A DNA stretch of 64,000 nucleotides from the human T2T-CHM13v2.0 reference genome, Homo sapiens (GCF_009914755.1 NC_060936.1), one strand, 5' to 3'; positions 1-18,732 are shown, counted from the first letter of the stretch. Numbers and translations: made by a program. The notes: generated by a model not told the origin, from the sequence alone.

Positions 1-1605
1 TAGGATACAGTTCTACAAAGCTCAGTTCAATTTTAACTATTTGTCAGCATGTGCTACAATTGCTTCTAACCCTCCTGAGAACAGAAGCTTTCACAGGAGG
101 CAGGGTGGGTTCACCATGATTCACATTCAACCTTGTTTTATATTTCTAAGCAAGTCTACCGACATGTTTGAAGAACATCCTCAAGGCCAAGATCAGAAAC
201 CCGATGCTTATGTTTTCAGTTTTGACACATGTGAAAGGCTTTAACTGCAGAGCCAACTCTCCCCACTTGGATTTTAAGGGCAATTGCATCTGCTGTCTTG
301 AGCAAGTCATGGCAATTGACAGCCATCCCAGAAGCAGTCCTCAAGCTCTGACAGCTCCCTATGGCTCACTCCCTTGTCCCAATGGCCTTGAGAACCAAAC
401 TGACACCTACTTCTCAGAAACAGTTTTCCCATAAATCACCAGGCATTTTGGTTTACTCATGACAGATACCACTGGGGTAGCCCCATTCCTTTAACTCTGA
501 CAATTTAAGTAATGCCAGTTTTGAGGACAATCCTATACTACCTATGGTGCTGGAAGAAAACGAAATAGAATACAGTCTTCTAAACTGGAAGCCTACAGCC
601 CAAGAAGAAGCAATCTCAGTTTATACTACTAGAAACTCAGGGGTTTTGAGAGGAATTGGGTCAGAAGGCAGCTGCTGCCTTCCTGTCTGGGGAGTCTTCT
701 TGGCTGAGGAGAGAAAGGAAGAGCTGCTCCAAATGCCACCTCCTGCTTCATTCTGGCAACAGTGTGGCACCAAGAGCTGGAAAAAATGAGGGCTCAACAA
801 TGAGAGAATCAGTAGCTGGGATTTTGGCTGTAAGTATAAGCAAGCCAGGGGCTACCCTGGCCCTTGGGGAGCTGAGTCCCAACCAAAAAAGTTACACAGT
901 TTTTAAGATCTGTGGCAGACTTAGGTGCTGCCTTTCTCATTCATCCCAGAGCACCTTCACACATCTACTGGTTCACATAGTAACAAAAACGAAAGAGCTA
1001 GATCATTCTCCAAATTCTCCAAGAGATCAAACCAAGCTGCAAGCAAGCAGCTAGTCCCCTAGTTATTGCCAGCTCCATTGCTGGTCTTTTGCACTTGCCC
1101 CAGCCACCACCAAGCTGGCTGGCTGTGGCGGAGTCCCTGTTGCGGGTGTCTTTGCTCAGGCCTGCCTGCTGCCTGCTCACAGCACCCCTCCTGACTCAGC
1201 CTCTGCTTTCTAGCTCCCAGCTTGGCTCTGGCCTGGCCCTTCTCCAGCTTTTACCCTTTTCCCAATTCCCTCTGCAACAGATTGACCTCCGTTCCTCTCA
1301 GGACCATGTGGGCCTCCTTGACTCAGGAACATCCTGCAGCTCTGGGTGGGTGGCACACCCTCCACCCACCCTCGGGGCCTGTGGGACTGAAGGCCAGGCA
1401 CACTGTCATTCAGAAAGGATGACAAGTTGCAACTAACCAAACTCCCACTGCACTCAGGGCTAACTGTCTTGATTTTATTTCCCCACTGTAGAAATTGCCG
1501 ATGCCTGATATTACGAAGAGGCTGGGACAAGGAAAGAGCTCTCTGTACCCCATCTGAGAGAGAGGAAGAGACATGCCCTGGGCTAGAGTGTTACCAATTT
1601 AATCT

Positions 1606-1919
<314 letters not shown>

Positions 1920-2539
1920 TAATCTTTACTATAGCCTTGCCTGACAAGTCATATGGCAGAACAACAGTGGAGGAGGAGGACGATAGGACTGTTCTCCAAG
2001 AATCTGGACATGAGGGAAATGGAGTGACCTTCAGAAAGTACACCATTTGTAAGTGAACATTCTACAGATAATACACAAACTTACATGCTAGAAATACGTA
2101 CATTTGATCACAACAGAGATGCATAAGGATATCAGGGAGGGATGAATGGTCCCAGACCAGAATCAAACTTAAGGGAAGCTATTAACATTTCTGAAGAGAG
2201 GTGGTGGTGGGTCCAGGACAGAAGCGATAAGATGTATGATCAAGCCCTGAGAAATAAGGCACACTAGACACTAGCGAGCCTGCCGCAGAGGCGTCTGAGT
2301 CTAGGGGATGGCAATTCTCACTGCTTCTCTCGCTCAGAGCTCAGACTCTGCAAACGTGGATGGCAACTTGTAGAAAAGTGATAAGATACAAATTGAATTC
2401 TGTCTGGTAGAGATGCAAATCATTTCTCCCCTCAGAAAAGATAACCTCAAAGGCTTTGATTTTATTTCCCGACAAGTTATTGGGCAGCTTTGATTCCAAC
2501 TTAGAAAACTTATTCCAACATTTCTTTTCCCCACTGGCT

Positions 2540-2645
2540 GATATATCACATATCATATATATATCCTACTAACTTTATATATATATACACACACACATAT
2601 ACACACACATATATACATATATATACACACACATATGTATATATG

Positions 2646-2690
<45 letters not shown>
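2540..2690. repeat. Compound (TA)n/(CA)n microsatellite
   Basis: Directly visible dinucleotide runs. Confidence 0.95.
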
Positions 2691-2693
<3 letters not shown>

Positions 2694-2705
2694 TTCTGTA
2701 TCTCT

Positions 2706-3010
2706 TTTTTTTTTCCTTTTTGAGACAGGGTCTTGCTCTGTCACCCAGGCTGGGGTACAGTGGTGAGGTTGTGGCTCACTGCAGGCTTGACCTCTCAGGC
2801 TCAAGTGATCTTCCCACCTCAGCCTCCTTAGCTGGGACCACAGGTGCATGCCACCACATCTGGCTTTTTTTTTTTTTTTAAATTATTTTTTGTAGACACT
2901 GGGTCTCACTATGTTGCCCATGCTGGTGTTTAACTTGTGGGCTCAAGTGATCCTCCTGCCTTGGCCTCCTAAAGTATTGAGACTACAGGTGTGAGCCACT
3001 GCACCTGGCC
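2706..3010 (-). mobile_element. AluJ-like element
   Basis: Diverged reverse Alu dimer with J-type gggctcaagtgatcctcctgcc. Confidence 0.88.
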
Positions 3011-3427
3011 CTCCTTATGCCTCTTTAAACAAGTTTTGCCATCCTGTTATCATTCCTTGCTAATGAGTTAAATAAACATTTTTTGACATGAGCCAGTCAT
3101 TTACATAAGAATTGTGTTTTTCAGGAAATTCTGTCATTTGTGACGATGTGGATGAACCTAGAGGACATTATGTTAAATGAAATAAGCCAGGCACAGAAAG
3201 AGAAATACTGTATGATCTTGCTTATGTGTGGAATCTGAAAAAGTTGAACTCGTAGAAGCAAAAAGTAGAATGGTGGTTACTAGAGGCTGGGGTAAAGAGG
3301 AGACATTGGTCAATGGGTACAAAGTTGGTTAGCTGGCAGGAATAAGTTCCGGTGATCCACTAAACTGAAAGTTGACTACAGTTAATAATAATGTATATTT
3401 CAAAATCGCTAAAAGAGAAAATTTTAA

Positions 3428-4469
<1,042 letters not shown>

Positions 4470-4573
4470 GAGGTCATGAATATGCTAATTACTCATGTAT
4501 AGATTCTACAATGTATACATGTATCAAGATATCCCTTTGTACTCCATAGATGTATATAATTATTATGTGACTA

Positions 4574-4942
<369 letters not shown>

Positions 4943-6129
4943 TTAACAGAATCATAGAGAAGGGAAGCTAATGGAAATGATACATTTTGAGGATGGTCAG
5001 GGCTGGATGCCATTATTTATTTAAAGCATACAAGCCAAACTCCAACCCTTGTTCCACAGTTCTATGTTCCCCTGATAATGTTCTGTTTGCTGTCCCTGGT
5101 TCTACAGGGAGAGAATTTGCTGGTCAAACTGATAAGTGACTGGTCACTAGACACACATCCACTTCTCTTTGTGAATGGATTCTCATTCTGGTATACAACC
5201 TTATGTCTAGGGTGGCTTTATGGCAGCCATCTGGATCTTGTTGAAGTCTGGGATGCTGAAGAAGTCTCACTGTGTGAGTTTCTGACCCTGTAAGGTTGAG
5301 GCAAGATGGAATGATGGTGACTTTACCAGAAAAAAATGCTATCTTGTGAAGTCTCCCTCTTCTGATAACAAGTGACCCTGCTCCCTCTTTGGTAAGTGAG
5401 GAAACTGTGGCTCATGGAAGTGGCATGGCTAATGCATGGCAAGCGAGGTCTGCCTGACTAGGAAGCCTATGTTCTCTCTAGTTTATCACTCCTTGCCTGA
5501 AGAAAGAGAAGCAGATCTAGCAAAGGGTGGTAGACAAAAACAAAAAGTTCATATATTCAATGTGTTGTTTTTAGCTTCCAGTGATTTCCACAGTACACAA
5601 TTCTACACTAGGTATTTGGAGAAAGTTGAAGCCTGGCATGAGGATTCATTTGATCTTGAGAGCTGACTCCAAATATTTGTGAAGAAAGAAGCATGTGCAA
5701 GAATAAGATACATATTTCCATTTCATACTTCCTCCGAGGGCTGAGCCTGTTCCTGACTCAGAGAGATATTGCAAAAGAAGCTGGTATTATACACATTGAA
5801 AATGACACTCCTTCTAAGGAGCAAAACAACTTTATCATATCAAGCAGAGCAAAGCTCCCCTCTTGGAAAACTCAAAAATGTTCAAAATGCAAACTGAACT
5901 TGGCAGGGGGAAAAGGCGATGGTAGCAAAAGCAGCTGTGAAAAATAAAGAGGTTACTTGTGAGTGACTGAAATGTCCAAGTGTCATGCCACCAGCAGCCA
6001 CAAATAAAAGCAGATGCTGCAACATTTTTTAAAAGCATTTCTGTAAGAAGATAAAAATGGCTGCATATAATTAAGAAGTATAATTTTATTGAAAAGCATG
6101 AATGACAAAGCAAAAGGAAATGTCAATAT

Positions 6130-6442
6130 GATTTTTGTTTTTGTTTTTGTTTTTTAAAGAGAGGGAGTCTTGCTCTGTCACCCAGGCTTGAGTGCACTGG
6201 CTCAATCACAGTTCACTGAAGCCTTGACCTTCCAGGCTTAAGTGATCCTCTCGCCTCAGCCTCTTCAGTAGTTTAGACTACAGGTGCAAGCCACCACGCC
6301 CGGCTAATTTTTTCATTTTTTTGTAGAGATAGGGTCTTGCTACATTGCCCAGGCTGGCCTCTAACTTGTGGGCTCAAGCGATCCTCTTGCACTGGCCTCC
6401 CAAAGTACTGGGATTATAGGTGTGAGCCACTGTGCCCAGCCT
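6130..6442 (-). mobile_element. AluJ-like element
   Basis: Reverse Alu dimer; flanking repeat tcaatatga. Confidence 0.9.
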
Positions 6443-6834
6443 CAATATGAATTTTATAAAAGTCCAAATGCTCTGCATGTGGAGAACTTTCCATCTACAA
6501 AAAATCGTTCTGCCTTAAGGTGTGCAAAGAAGTGAGGCCAGAACTCATTTCAGAAACAGATTAAGTGGAGACCAAAGGATATTTAAGCTTCAGAAGGGAT
6601 AGAAGGGTTATCAATGAACAGTAGCTGAGATCACAGGCCCCTTATCTGCGAAGAGAGAGAATCTGTGATAAGCTGTAGTACAAACCAGAATTCATTTGAA
6701 AGATAAGATGCATAAGATGCAGAAGCTCCAGGGCCTTACTTAGATGCAGCCTCATTTCCTTTGTACCCTGCCACCCAGCTGTTGCCTATGATTTCACTGA
6801 AACAGTTATCACCTCCACTTAGCAAAACCTAAGG

Positions 6835-7010
6835 GAGTGATTCTCAATTTCTATTCTGCAAAAGAATCCACTGAAAAGGTTGCTAAAATGTAGATTCTCG
6901 GCCCATGCTCCCTGAAAGTGCTGACACAGTAAGTCTGGGCTGGGCTTAGGAACCCTTATTTTAACAAGCACTCCATGGAAAAGGTCATCAGGGGTTCACA
7001 CTCCAAACTA
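6835..7010. mobile_element. MER5-like hAT-Charlie MITE fragment
   Basis: gtgattctcaa...aaaatgtagattctcggccc...taagtctgggctgggcttaggaacccttattttaacaagcactcc. Confidence 0.65.
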
Positions 7011-9529
7011 CTGTCTAAGGCTTTAATCCTCAGACTATTGGTTGAGACCTACTAATAAGTCTTGAAGTCAGCTTAGTGAGATTAGCATTTGAAAAGAAAC
7101 AGAAGAAAAATCAGAAAAATGTCAGTGTATACTGTGCAGTCAATTTTTAGTTTCATTCACATATATGAGTGGGGGTATACACGTGTAGTGAATTGTGAGG
7201 TACAATATATTTCAGACTGTGCATCTCAGCTGAGAAAGTTGGAGAAACAGTGGCCTAAAGGGACATGAAGATCACTTCCCTGTGACCCATTTATCATTTT
7301 CTCCATCCCCACACTGAGTTCCAAATCACTCCAGCTCCACTTCCCTCCCATGTCTACAAAGAGGATATAAGACTGTGTTTCTTTGTTCTCCAGTGTCAGG
7401 CATGACAACTGGCTTTTCAGCTTCAGGAATGAATATGGACAACTTGAAGGAAGGCTTGCCAAGATCCCAGTGGAGCCTCAGATGCAGCAGATGATGAGAA
7501 GTGAGTGAAAACCCTTTAGATTCTGACCTGGGGACCTTCCAAAGGTCTGGAGGAAGAGAAGTGGTAGGAAGGAATGGGCAGAAAATGAGGGGCAAACTCT
7601 GGAGAGTAGGTTGAGACCTCAGAAGATGGAAGGTGAGCCAATGCATTATTCTTTTTGTATGGAGATGATGTTAGTAACCCACCTGCAGGAGCTGGAGTGT
7701 TTTTAGCTATTTTTCCTCCCAGCAATGGCACAGATCCTTGTCCATTCGTTCATATTATCTTGATCCAACTTATAGTGAAAATAATAAGGTTTAACAGGTG
7801 CTGGTCTAGATATGAACAGGCGCACCACTTGTTCTCCTGCATACAGCCTAACCATGTGAGAAAGAGCCACCAGAAAGATAGCACCAGGAAAATAACGCCA
7901 AGCATGTTTAGCCCGGTGTACTATTCATCTCTCCCAGCTTCCCCACTCTGGTCTTTTCAGCCCCTTGGGAATTCCTCCACTAGGTCCATTTGGAAAAGAG
8001 TACCAAGGAGGCTCAGGGGACTGAAAACCAGCTGTGCACTGTGGCTTGGGTTATCTTCAACTTAAGGAAGGTGTTTTTCTCATTCCCTAGCTCCCTTATC
8101 CATGCCACCACCGCAAAACAGTACCTTTCCCTAATGTTCACAAAGGTTTAATACAGGCTAGTAGTACCCCAGGGGAAGAGAGCTCCATTCCTTTAACAAG
8201 TCACTTGTCTTTTCATGACATTAGGTAGTCTTTCAGTGTTCAAAAGACACCCACATTCAACACACACAAAATTACCACTCTTTGCTCTAAGCAGCTTTTG
8301 TAATGACCATATCTCCTCCCCAGCACTTCAAAATTGGAGGGTGTGCCTACTAACAAACATCCTGGATGGTCTATCAGAGTAAGTGAATTCCTTAAAAAAG
8401 AACAGACACCCAAGATGCGAGCATAAATCACTCCAATAATTCCATAGTATCTGGCCACAGGCATCTCAGCTATATCTTCACTTAACTAGGTCATTTTAGG
8501 GGGCTTACAATGTCTAGGACACCACTTATTTTTTAGAGCCTTATTTTGTTGGGGATCAATTCAGAAAAAAAAGTGAAGCTTCATGGGACATGTATGTATT
8601 GTCACCATTTAGAGAAAATGACAGAAGTGAAGGAAAAAAGAAGCATCCTACTTATAAGGTCAATTTGGCTCATGCGTGTCTGTGATCTCAGGATCTTACA
8701 GTTCACACACTGCCACACAGATGTTCCAACCAGTCCATCCACAGCCATTCATTATGCCAGTAAGTGGATGATACTTTTTTTTTCTTTTTAACAAGATCTT
8801 TTTTTTTTTTTTTTTTTTTTTTTAGCAGAGCCATTTTAAACCTCGGCTATAACAACACTTGCACGTCCAATTCATTGTCATTATCTTTGCTAAATGCTTT
8901 CAGTGAAGGAGGGATGAGAAAACAGGTCTTTTGTATTCCTGGGCTATCAATAATCTTCTTCCTTGGAGGTAACTGTTTCACTCCAGAGGGAAAAAATGAC
9001 TCTGTTTTATACTTGCTATTTGTCTATCCTGTATAAGTGAGGGCTGAGAATGTAAAGTACATAGCACTTGCTAGGCACTCATTATGTGTTGATATGGATT
9101 CTCTTTGGGGTGAAGGAAGGTGGGTTATCAAGCAGGCTCCTGTTTCTCTGGGGAACAGAACTGCACAGAAGAGGGGAAGGCAGTGTTCACAGGTACCCGA
9201 GGGAACCCGCAGGTGCCAGCCGTCTTCTTGGTACAGCAGACTTAGGACTGAATATGTGGTTTCCGCAATTTAATCACCATTGGACTTCTTACAGCCTAAT
9301 GGTGTATGTCAATTAGTATATTAGGATATGTGACTTACCCATCAGACACATCTATTTAGGGTAACTGGATAAACAAGCTAACCTGTGGCTGGGGCCTAAA
9401 CCTGGGTCATCATCCTAACATGTCAGAAATGTCTTTGCTTTTTCTCTTAGTCTGTAATTCCTCCTAGCACACAAGCTTCCAATTCTAGACTCTGGTCATG
9501 TTAGAATATTTGCATCCCCTCCCTCAGTG

Positions 9530-9850
9530 CACCACAATCTTTGACATCCCTTTGCACCTGCTTTTCTCTGTGCTTGGAATGCCCACCCATCCTCTACCTT
9601 CCTCTGCATAGTCAACATCTACTTCTAGGAAGTCTTTTCTGTCCCCTGATAGTGGGTTAGGGCCCACCCTCAAGGCTGCCCAGGCTTGCCTCTGTCATTG
9701 GACTGATGCCATTATCTTCCCACTGTTTCCCAGGCAGTCTCCTCATTAGACTCCGTACTCCCTGGGGAGTTGTAATACGTTCTTTGAGTGAATTAATGCA
9801 CAGTATGGGTATTAAATGAATGGAGGAGTGAGTGGTGAAAGAATGAACCC
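9530..9850 (+). mobile_element. L2 fragment
   Basis: ctttgcacctgcttttctctgtgcttggaatgccc...gaagtcttttctg...tgaattaatg motifs of the L2 3' end. Confidence 0.55.
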
Positions 9851-10612
9851 AGGATTGGAACACAAAGTTCAGAACCCAACTTCCCATACTATCCTTTCTC
9901 TCACAGTATCCTTGTCAGTTGCAAAACAAATAGCTAGGTTTAATAAGGTGGCTAGGGAAATTGAGGTCTTTAGAGGAAAAAAGCGAGTAGCTAGCCTATT
10001 GCCTCCTCTGAATCTGACATTTATTTGCTCTTCTGGGTAAGGTAACGAATGTCTAGCTAATAGATTATTAACCACAAAAAATGTCTTGGTTCTCAAGAAA
10101 GATGGCATGAGATTGTTACCATTTTATACATCCTTTTATATTAACAAAAAATAAAGCACTCACCCTAGAAAAGGAAACTAGACCTCCATTGCTCTCCTTG
10201 GCCCAGGGTTCCACAAACACTGTTACTTACATATGCCTTGGCTAACCCTGCCAGCAAATCTTGAATTCAGCTTTGTGTGCAAGAGTGGGTTTTGTTCCAT
10301 GTAGCAAAGTGAGGCAACTATGACAATTAGAGACAGAACATAGCCAGGGCTTGCCTTATCCTGGCCCAAGACATCTAACACATCTTGGAGAGAACTCCAT
10401 GTCTCCTGAACAACATAATCATCTACTGCAAGTCTGTAATGAAAGATTAAGCCTCCCTGCATTGAACCTGAACCCCTTTTTCTGTGAAGCTATGAGTGTA
10501 TGACATTTAGAAAATCCTTTCCCCTTCCAATGAGATTGGAATAATAAACTAATTATGCAAGCTCCGTGTGACATTGGAGCCTCAAATTTTTGTAAGAAGA
10601 TTATGGCCATAA

Positions 10613-10921
<309 letters not shown>

Positions 10922-11080
10922 TAAATACATTTTTGATAAATACATTGCTTGAAAGCTAGTTTTCCCTGCTTTTCAGGATAACCTCCCAGAGATTGTATTT
11001 TGAGAACAAAGTCTCTGAAGATCTGTTTTTAAGCTTCTTTGCTTGGCTGAGCCCATAGGAGGATACCATTGCCATGCTTA

Positions 11081-11404
<324 letters not shown>

Positions 11405-12490
11405 TTAGAAACAATTAAGCCATGGACTAAGGAAAGGATTTGGTGCTCAACAGTAAGCACATTTCTCCTTCTGCGAGGTAAAAATACAGTCTCTTCAGGG
11501 CAAAACCAAAGGCTGGAAAATGGATGTACTAATTGAACTATGAAAGTCTGGAAAATGCTTTGCAAGTGACATTTATAATGCACATCTCAAATCCAATTTA
11601 AGTACTTAAGCCATTGAGTTTATTTAATCAAATACCACCCCTGGCAGTTTTGAGGCAAATTGAAATGCTCTAACATTTGCTTACTGTAAACTACATTTTA
11701 AGCATTCACTTTCCACTGAGTGGGCTCTAACAGATGGGATTCATGAGGCCACCTTGAATATATCTTACAGAAACGAATTAAGAACTTCTCAATGGACACC
11801 AGGCTGCCTGTACTTGCAATGCTGCCTCTATCTCCAACTGCAGTTAACAATGGGCTGGAAAGGGATGACTGATATAAAGGCAAGGGGTTCTTCCCAAGCT
11901 TCGTCTAGACTGTATATTGTCTTTCCTTTGGCCAAGTGGCCTGTCCCCAGAGTTTGTAGACCAGCTAAGTCTCCATATTATTTGATACAGATTAAGTGTT
12001 TCTTAGAAATACTCTTTGTATAAGATCCTCAGAGAAAGTAAAAATAATCATTTATTATGTTATTATATTCAACTTTTTGCTCACAAGCAGTAGGACTTGA
12101 ATTGGATGTTACCAGTGAATTGGGAAGTTTGTTCGGTTTCAAATATGTTCTTCCCTGAATACTTCACAAGCAATGACAAGATTAGATACCAAAGATGAAT
12201 AAGGCTCAGAACTGGAAAAAAAAAAAAGGATTTGAAACCAATATCAAGTAGTGGATATTCATTTCTCATGGTTGGAGAATGCTAAAATTCTGAAAATATG
12301 CCTGTAGCCAGTTCTGTACTCCTGGGTATAATAGTATAAAGGTAAACTAGCATTGGTAAATCTTCCTGATACCATGGGGACAGAAAACAAGTTCCATTTG
12401 CCATGTGATTTAGTTGTTTATATTAATACTGATGCTAAAAGTAACCGCAGCTTAACTTGTTGAGTCTTTTGAATGTAGTCACTCATTTAA

Positions 12491-12865
<375 letters not shown>

Positions 12866-13565
12866 TGAGGAACTGAGGCACGAAGAGGCTGACTCACCCA
12901 AGGTCACATTGGTAGTAAATGAGCCGAGGGCACTTTATAAAACTATTGATCATGAGGGAATACTGCAAAGTGAGTAGAGTTTTCATCTGTCACGTCTCTA
13001 AGATTTCATAGTTCCCAAATTCACCTGGTGTTCAGCTATACACACACTACTAACAAGATCTTTGAACAACAGCCAAGTGTTGGCACACATGTGCATATAT
13101 CTAACAACTTTGTTGAAAAAGAAATGAAACAAGTAGACTATATCTTGACTAGATCAGTTATCTCACTGATAATTTTGAAAAAGAAAATTATAACTGTAAA
13201 AAGACTTGCTGATCACTGAACATTAACATGTGCTAAGTCCCATACAGATTGCATGTAGAATATCATTTAATACATAAGTAACCCTATACAATAGATATTA
13301 AAATTACCATACATCCTCATTTCAGTAAAGGAAAGAGATGCGTGGACAAGTTAAGCAACTTGCCCAAGAGCCTGGGCATGGAGCTCTAGTACTCTGACTC
13401 CAGAACTCTTTTTCTTGACTGCTTGGTGCTTCTCAGTCAAATGTTAGGTTGAATCATATAAAACTTCCTTTTTAGTAGGTAGAAAGATGCCTAGCATTTA
13501 AAAACAAGTGTGGGCTATTTATACAACAGTTTATTTCAGATAAATACCCTTTTTAAGTTGATTGA

Positions 13566-14033
<468 letters not shown>

Positions 14034-16474
14034 TAGACTAGTTGTTTGCTTTGTTAACATCCATTTTTTAATATTCATTTTTCATGAGAATGACAGGACA
14101 CATGTTGGAAGTAAAACAATCACTACAACTGAGAGACCACAGTTTTGCTTTGATGAGTCTTAGCTGCCATAGAAGAAATTACAGATTGATTTAGAAAAGG
14201 TTCTGATGGAAGAAATAAGATACTATCACTAATTCTTTGGTTCGCATTTTCAGGTAAGTATGTGAATCTGTACAGTAATCAAAGTTTGATTGCTTTGTTT
14301 AAAATGAACTTTAGGTAGCATCTAAGAAGGAACATAAAAGGTAAAACAAATATAAAAACTAAAATAAAAAGCTAAAAAATAATTATTTTTAATTACCTAG
14401 GATTTGCTTTGGTCTCAAGAGTATGTATTACCTGTTTTCATTTGCCATAATTCATGATTGTATATTATTCCTAAGGCAGCCTAGAGTTCTCTATCTGACA
14501 TTTAGTTAAACCTTCTTCTTATATTATGCTAAACAAAAAATAGTTAAAGCAGTGATCATTAATCAAGAAAGGGCAAAAATACTAATAGTTAATTTTTATT
14601 GAATACTTAAGTGCCACATAATTATTAGCTCATTATAATTCCCATTTTTATAGAAGAAATATCTGATAAGAGAGGTTAAAAACTTGTCCAAAGACTCATT
14701 CAAATTTCTCTCCTTTGTTAAAACTATACATTTTTCGGTGCTAAAGTTGAACCTAAATTATTGCTAGCAATAGGGGAAATGATTAGTAAATTAATTTTCA
14801 TTTCCATTTCAATTGTAATCATCTTTCATCTTAGCTAACCTTCTACATTTATTAGTATTATAGTGTGCTTTAACTTTTAATGCTGGATGTAAATTTAATA
14901 TGCAAGAATCTAGCTCTAATATTTTTTGTATAATAGCATTTCCAATCAAGGGAATGGGGTTCATTTAAACCAATAAATAAATATTCTTTGTGATAAAAGT
15001 GTAAATATAACTAATTTATGAATTTGCCAATCATTCATCCTAGTTGAGGATTTAATTTCTCTTTGGCTTATAAATTCAACTCATTTGCTTTCTGCATTAA
15101 TAATGTCAAGGGCCACATCTGTCTGGAGCTATGTTACAGCAAATTCATAGGCTGTGGCAACATAACATCTACTCTTACTGATGGATGTTGTTTTCATCAG
15201 ATAACTCAATTTCTGGGTGAAAACAGAACCTGATTGTATCACTTTTTACATCATTTTCTTTTTGCCTAATGTAAAATAAGCTGTTAGAAAAACAACTTTT
15301 TTTCTTCAAAAGGGAAATATCAAAATGCACAATGAAAAAGCAGGATGAGCCAAAACATGCTTTCAAAAGCAGGGCTATGTTCAAGAATTGTGAATTGTGC
15401 TCGTTACTCAGTTTGGGCTACTTTTCTTCATCATTCTACATGCAGAAGGTGGTACAGGTTTAAATAAGCCAGCTGATACTTCAGCATTCTGCTCTTTTTG
15501 AAAGTTGTATAAAAATGAATCATTGCTAACATCTTACTTCATTTAGATTTTATAGGATTATCCATGTCCAGGACCTTTAACTGTGCTCTGAAGCTGCAAT
15601 TCATGCCAGATAATACTATGATGTTTACAAGTTCAAACTAATAGTTTTCTTTATAATTCTCTTTGCAGATTCACAAACATTAGAATCACATAAAATATCC
15701 ACACATGCAATTAAGAAGCAAAATAATATAAAGATGAGTAATCATTTTAGAATTGCAAGAGTTTCACCCCATTATGCCATTCACATTCCTTATGGTGACT
15801 TGGGGACCTCATAAGACATCAAAATAAAAATGAGACTTTTGCCACTTTATTTTTTACAGCTCAGAAAATTTAAAAGAACATAAAAGGAAACAGTCCAGGA
15901 CTTCCTAGACTAAAGTGTGAATACCATCAGCAAATTCATGGCTTTGATTAAAGAACTCACCAGGAGTTCAGCTATTACATTCCATCTCGTTCTTCCTTGA
16001 ATTCACACTAAGTTAATACAGATGGAATCAGGATTTACAATTAACAGCAATGTACTCTGTAATATTTTTGCTGCTTATCAAATAGACTGGCCTTTTTCAC
16101 CAGCTGCATTGTCATCTACTTTAAGGACAAAACAAAGTAAAATAAAATTTCCTCTTATGTTCCTCTTAACGATCACATTAATTTCTATTCCAGGTACAAA
16201 TGAAAACATGCCAAAGAAACCTTTCTAAAGCAACTAAGAGAATGGGATGCGCCGCTGCTGGGAGACTTAGCTCGCTTTTTAGCGATTTGGTAGGAAACAG
16301 ATACAATCAGGGTTAGCAGGGAGCAATGGCAGAAGCCACAAGTCAGTAAGCTTGAGGGGTGGAGATGGGGATATACTTTTGACTGCATTGTATAAAATCA
16401 AATTGCTGTCCAGAAGGCAAGGGGGTAGGGAAGGCAGCTTCACAAGCAAAAATATAAACATAAAGGGTAGCTAC

Positions 16475-17095
<621 letters not shown>

Positions 17096-17612
17096 TTTTT
17101 TTTTTTTTTTTTGGATTCAGAATATCTCTCCTTCATCTCACACGAAATATAGAAAGAGAGTCATTTTGGATCTGGCTTTCTTCCACCTGTGCCCTCCAAG
17201 AGTATGAGCTTCAGCAGAGGGACGCTTTAGGAAATGCAGTGTTGTGAAGATGGAAAGGATGGTCCATGGTCTTACTACCGGATTTCAGACTATTTGTGGC
17301 TGCTGCTAAATGGGCTGCAGCCACATGGCCCTGTTGGAATGGGATGGAACGTCGGAAATGTATTTCAGCTGCTATATCTACAAGGAACGAGAAATCAAAT
17401 TTTTCTCTAAGAGAGAAACGTGTTTTTCTCACTTATTTAAAGATCATTATAAGTAAACCAAATGCTATCAGTTTTTATAAATTTCCTTAAAATGTTTTGG
17501 TAAGGAACAAAATGGTAAAATATACTTTGCTGAAAAGATGGATCCATGAGGTATCTTTTAAAAAAAAAAAAAAGTAACTTAATGTGAAACTAACTTTTAA
17601 AAGAAAGGAGAG

Positions 17613-18453
<841 letters not shown>

Positions 18454-18732
18454 TCATAAGGAAGGGAGTGCAAAGTTTATAGAAGCAGCTTCTCCCCAGG
18501 TGCTACTACTGTTTTCGTTAGGGGAAACCCAGCTCTTGCCCTGTTGTGTGGTGCCCAGGTTGCCACTGGTCAGGCAGCTTTTAGAATCCTGCCATGTGGC
18601 CAGCATGGATGATTATGGTGGCTTTAAGAAGCCCATACTAACAATATGTGCTACTGGAAGTACAGAAGTTCAAATCTTGCCCACATGACCATGCAGTCAT
18701 CTTGGATGAGGCAGCATTGGTTGAAAACCTTA

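Noticed and set aside
7655-8065. 136-aa plus-strand ORF
   Set aside because: Non-ATG start, no recognisable homology, antisense intronic location.
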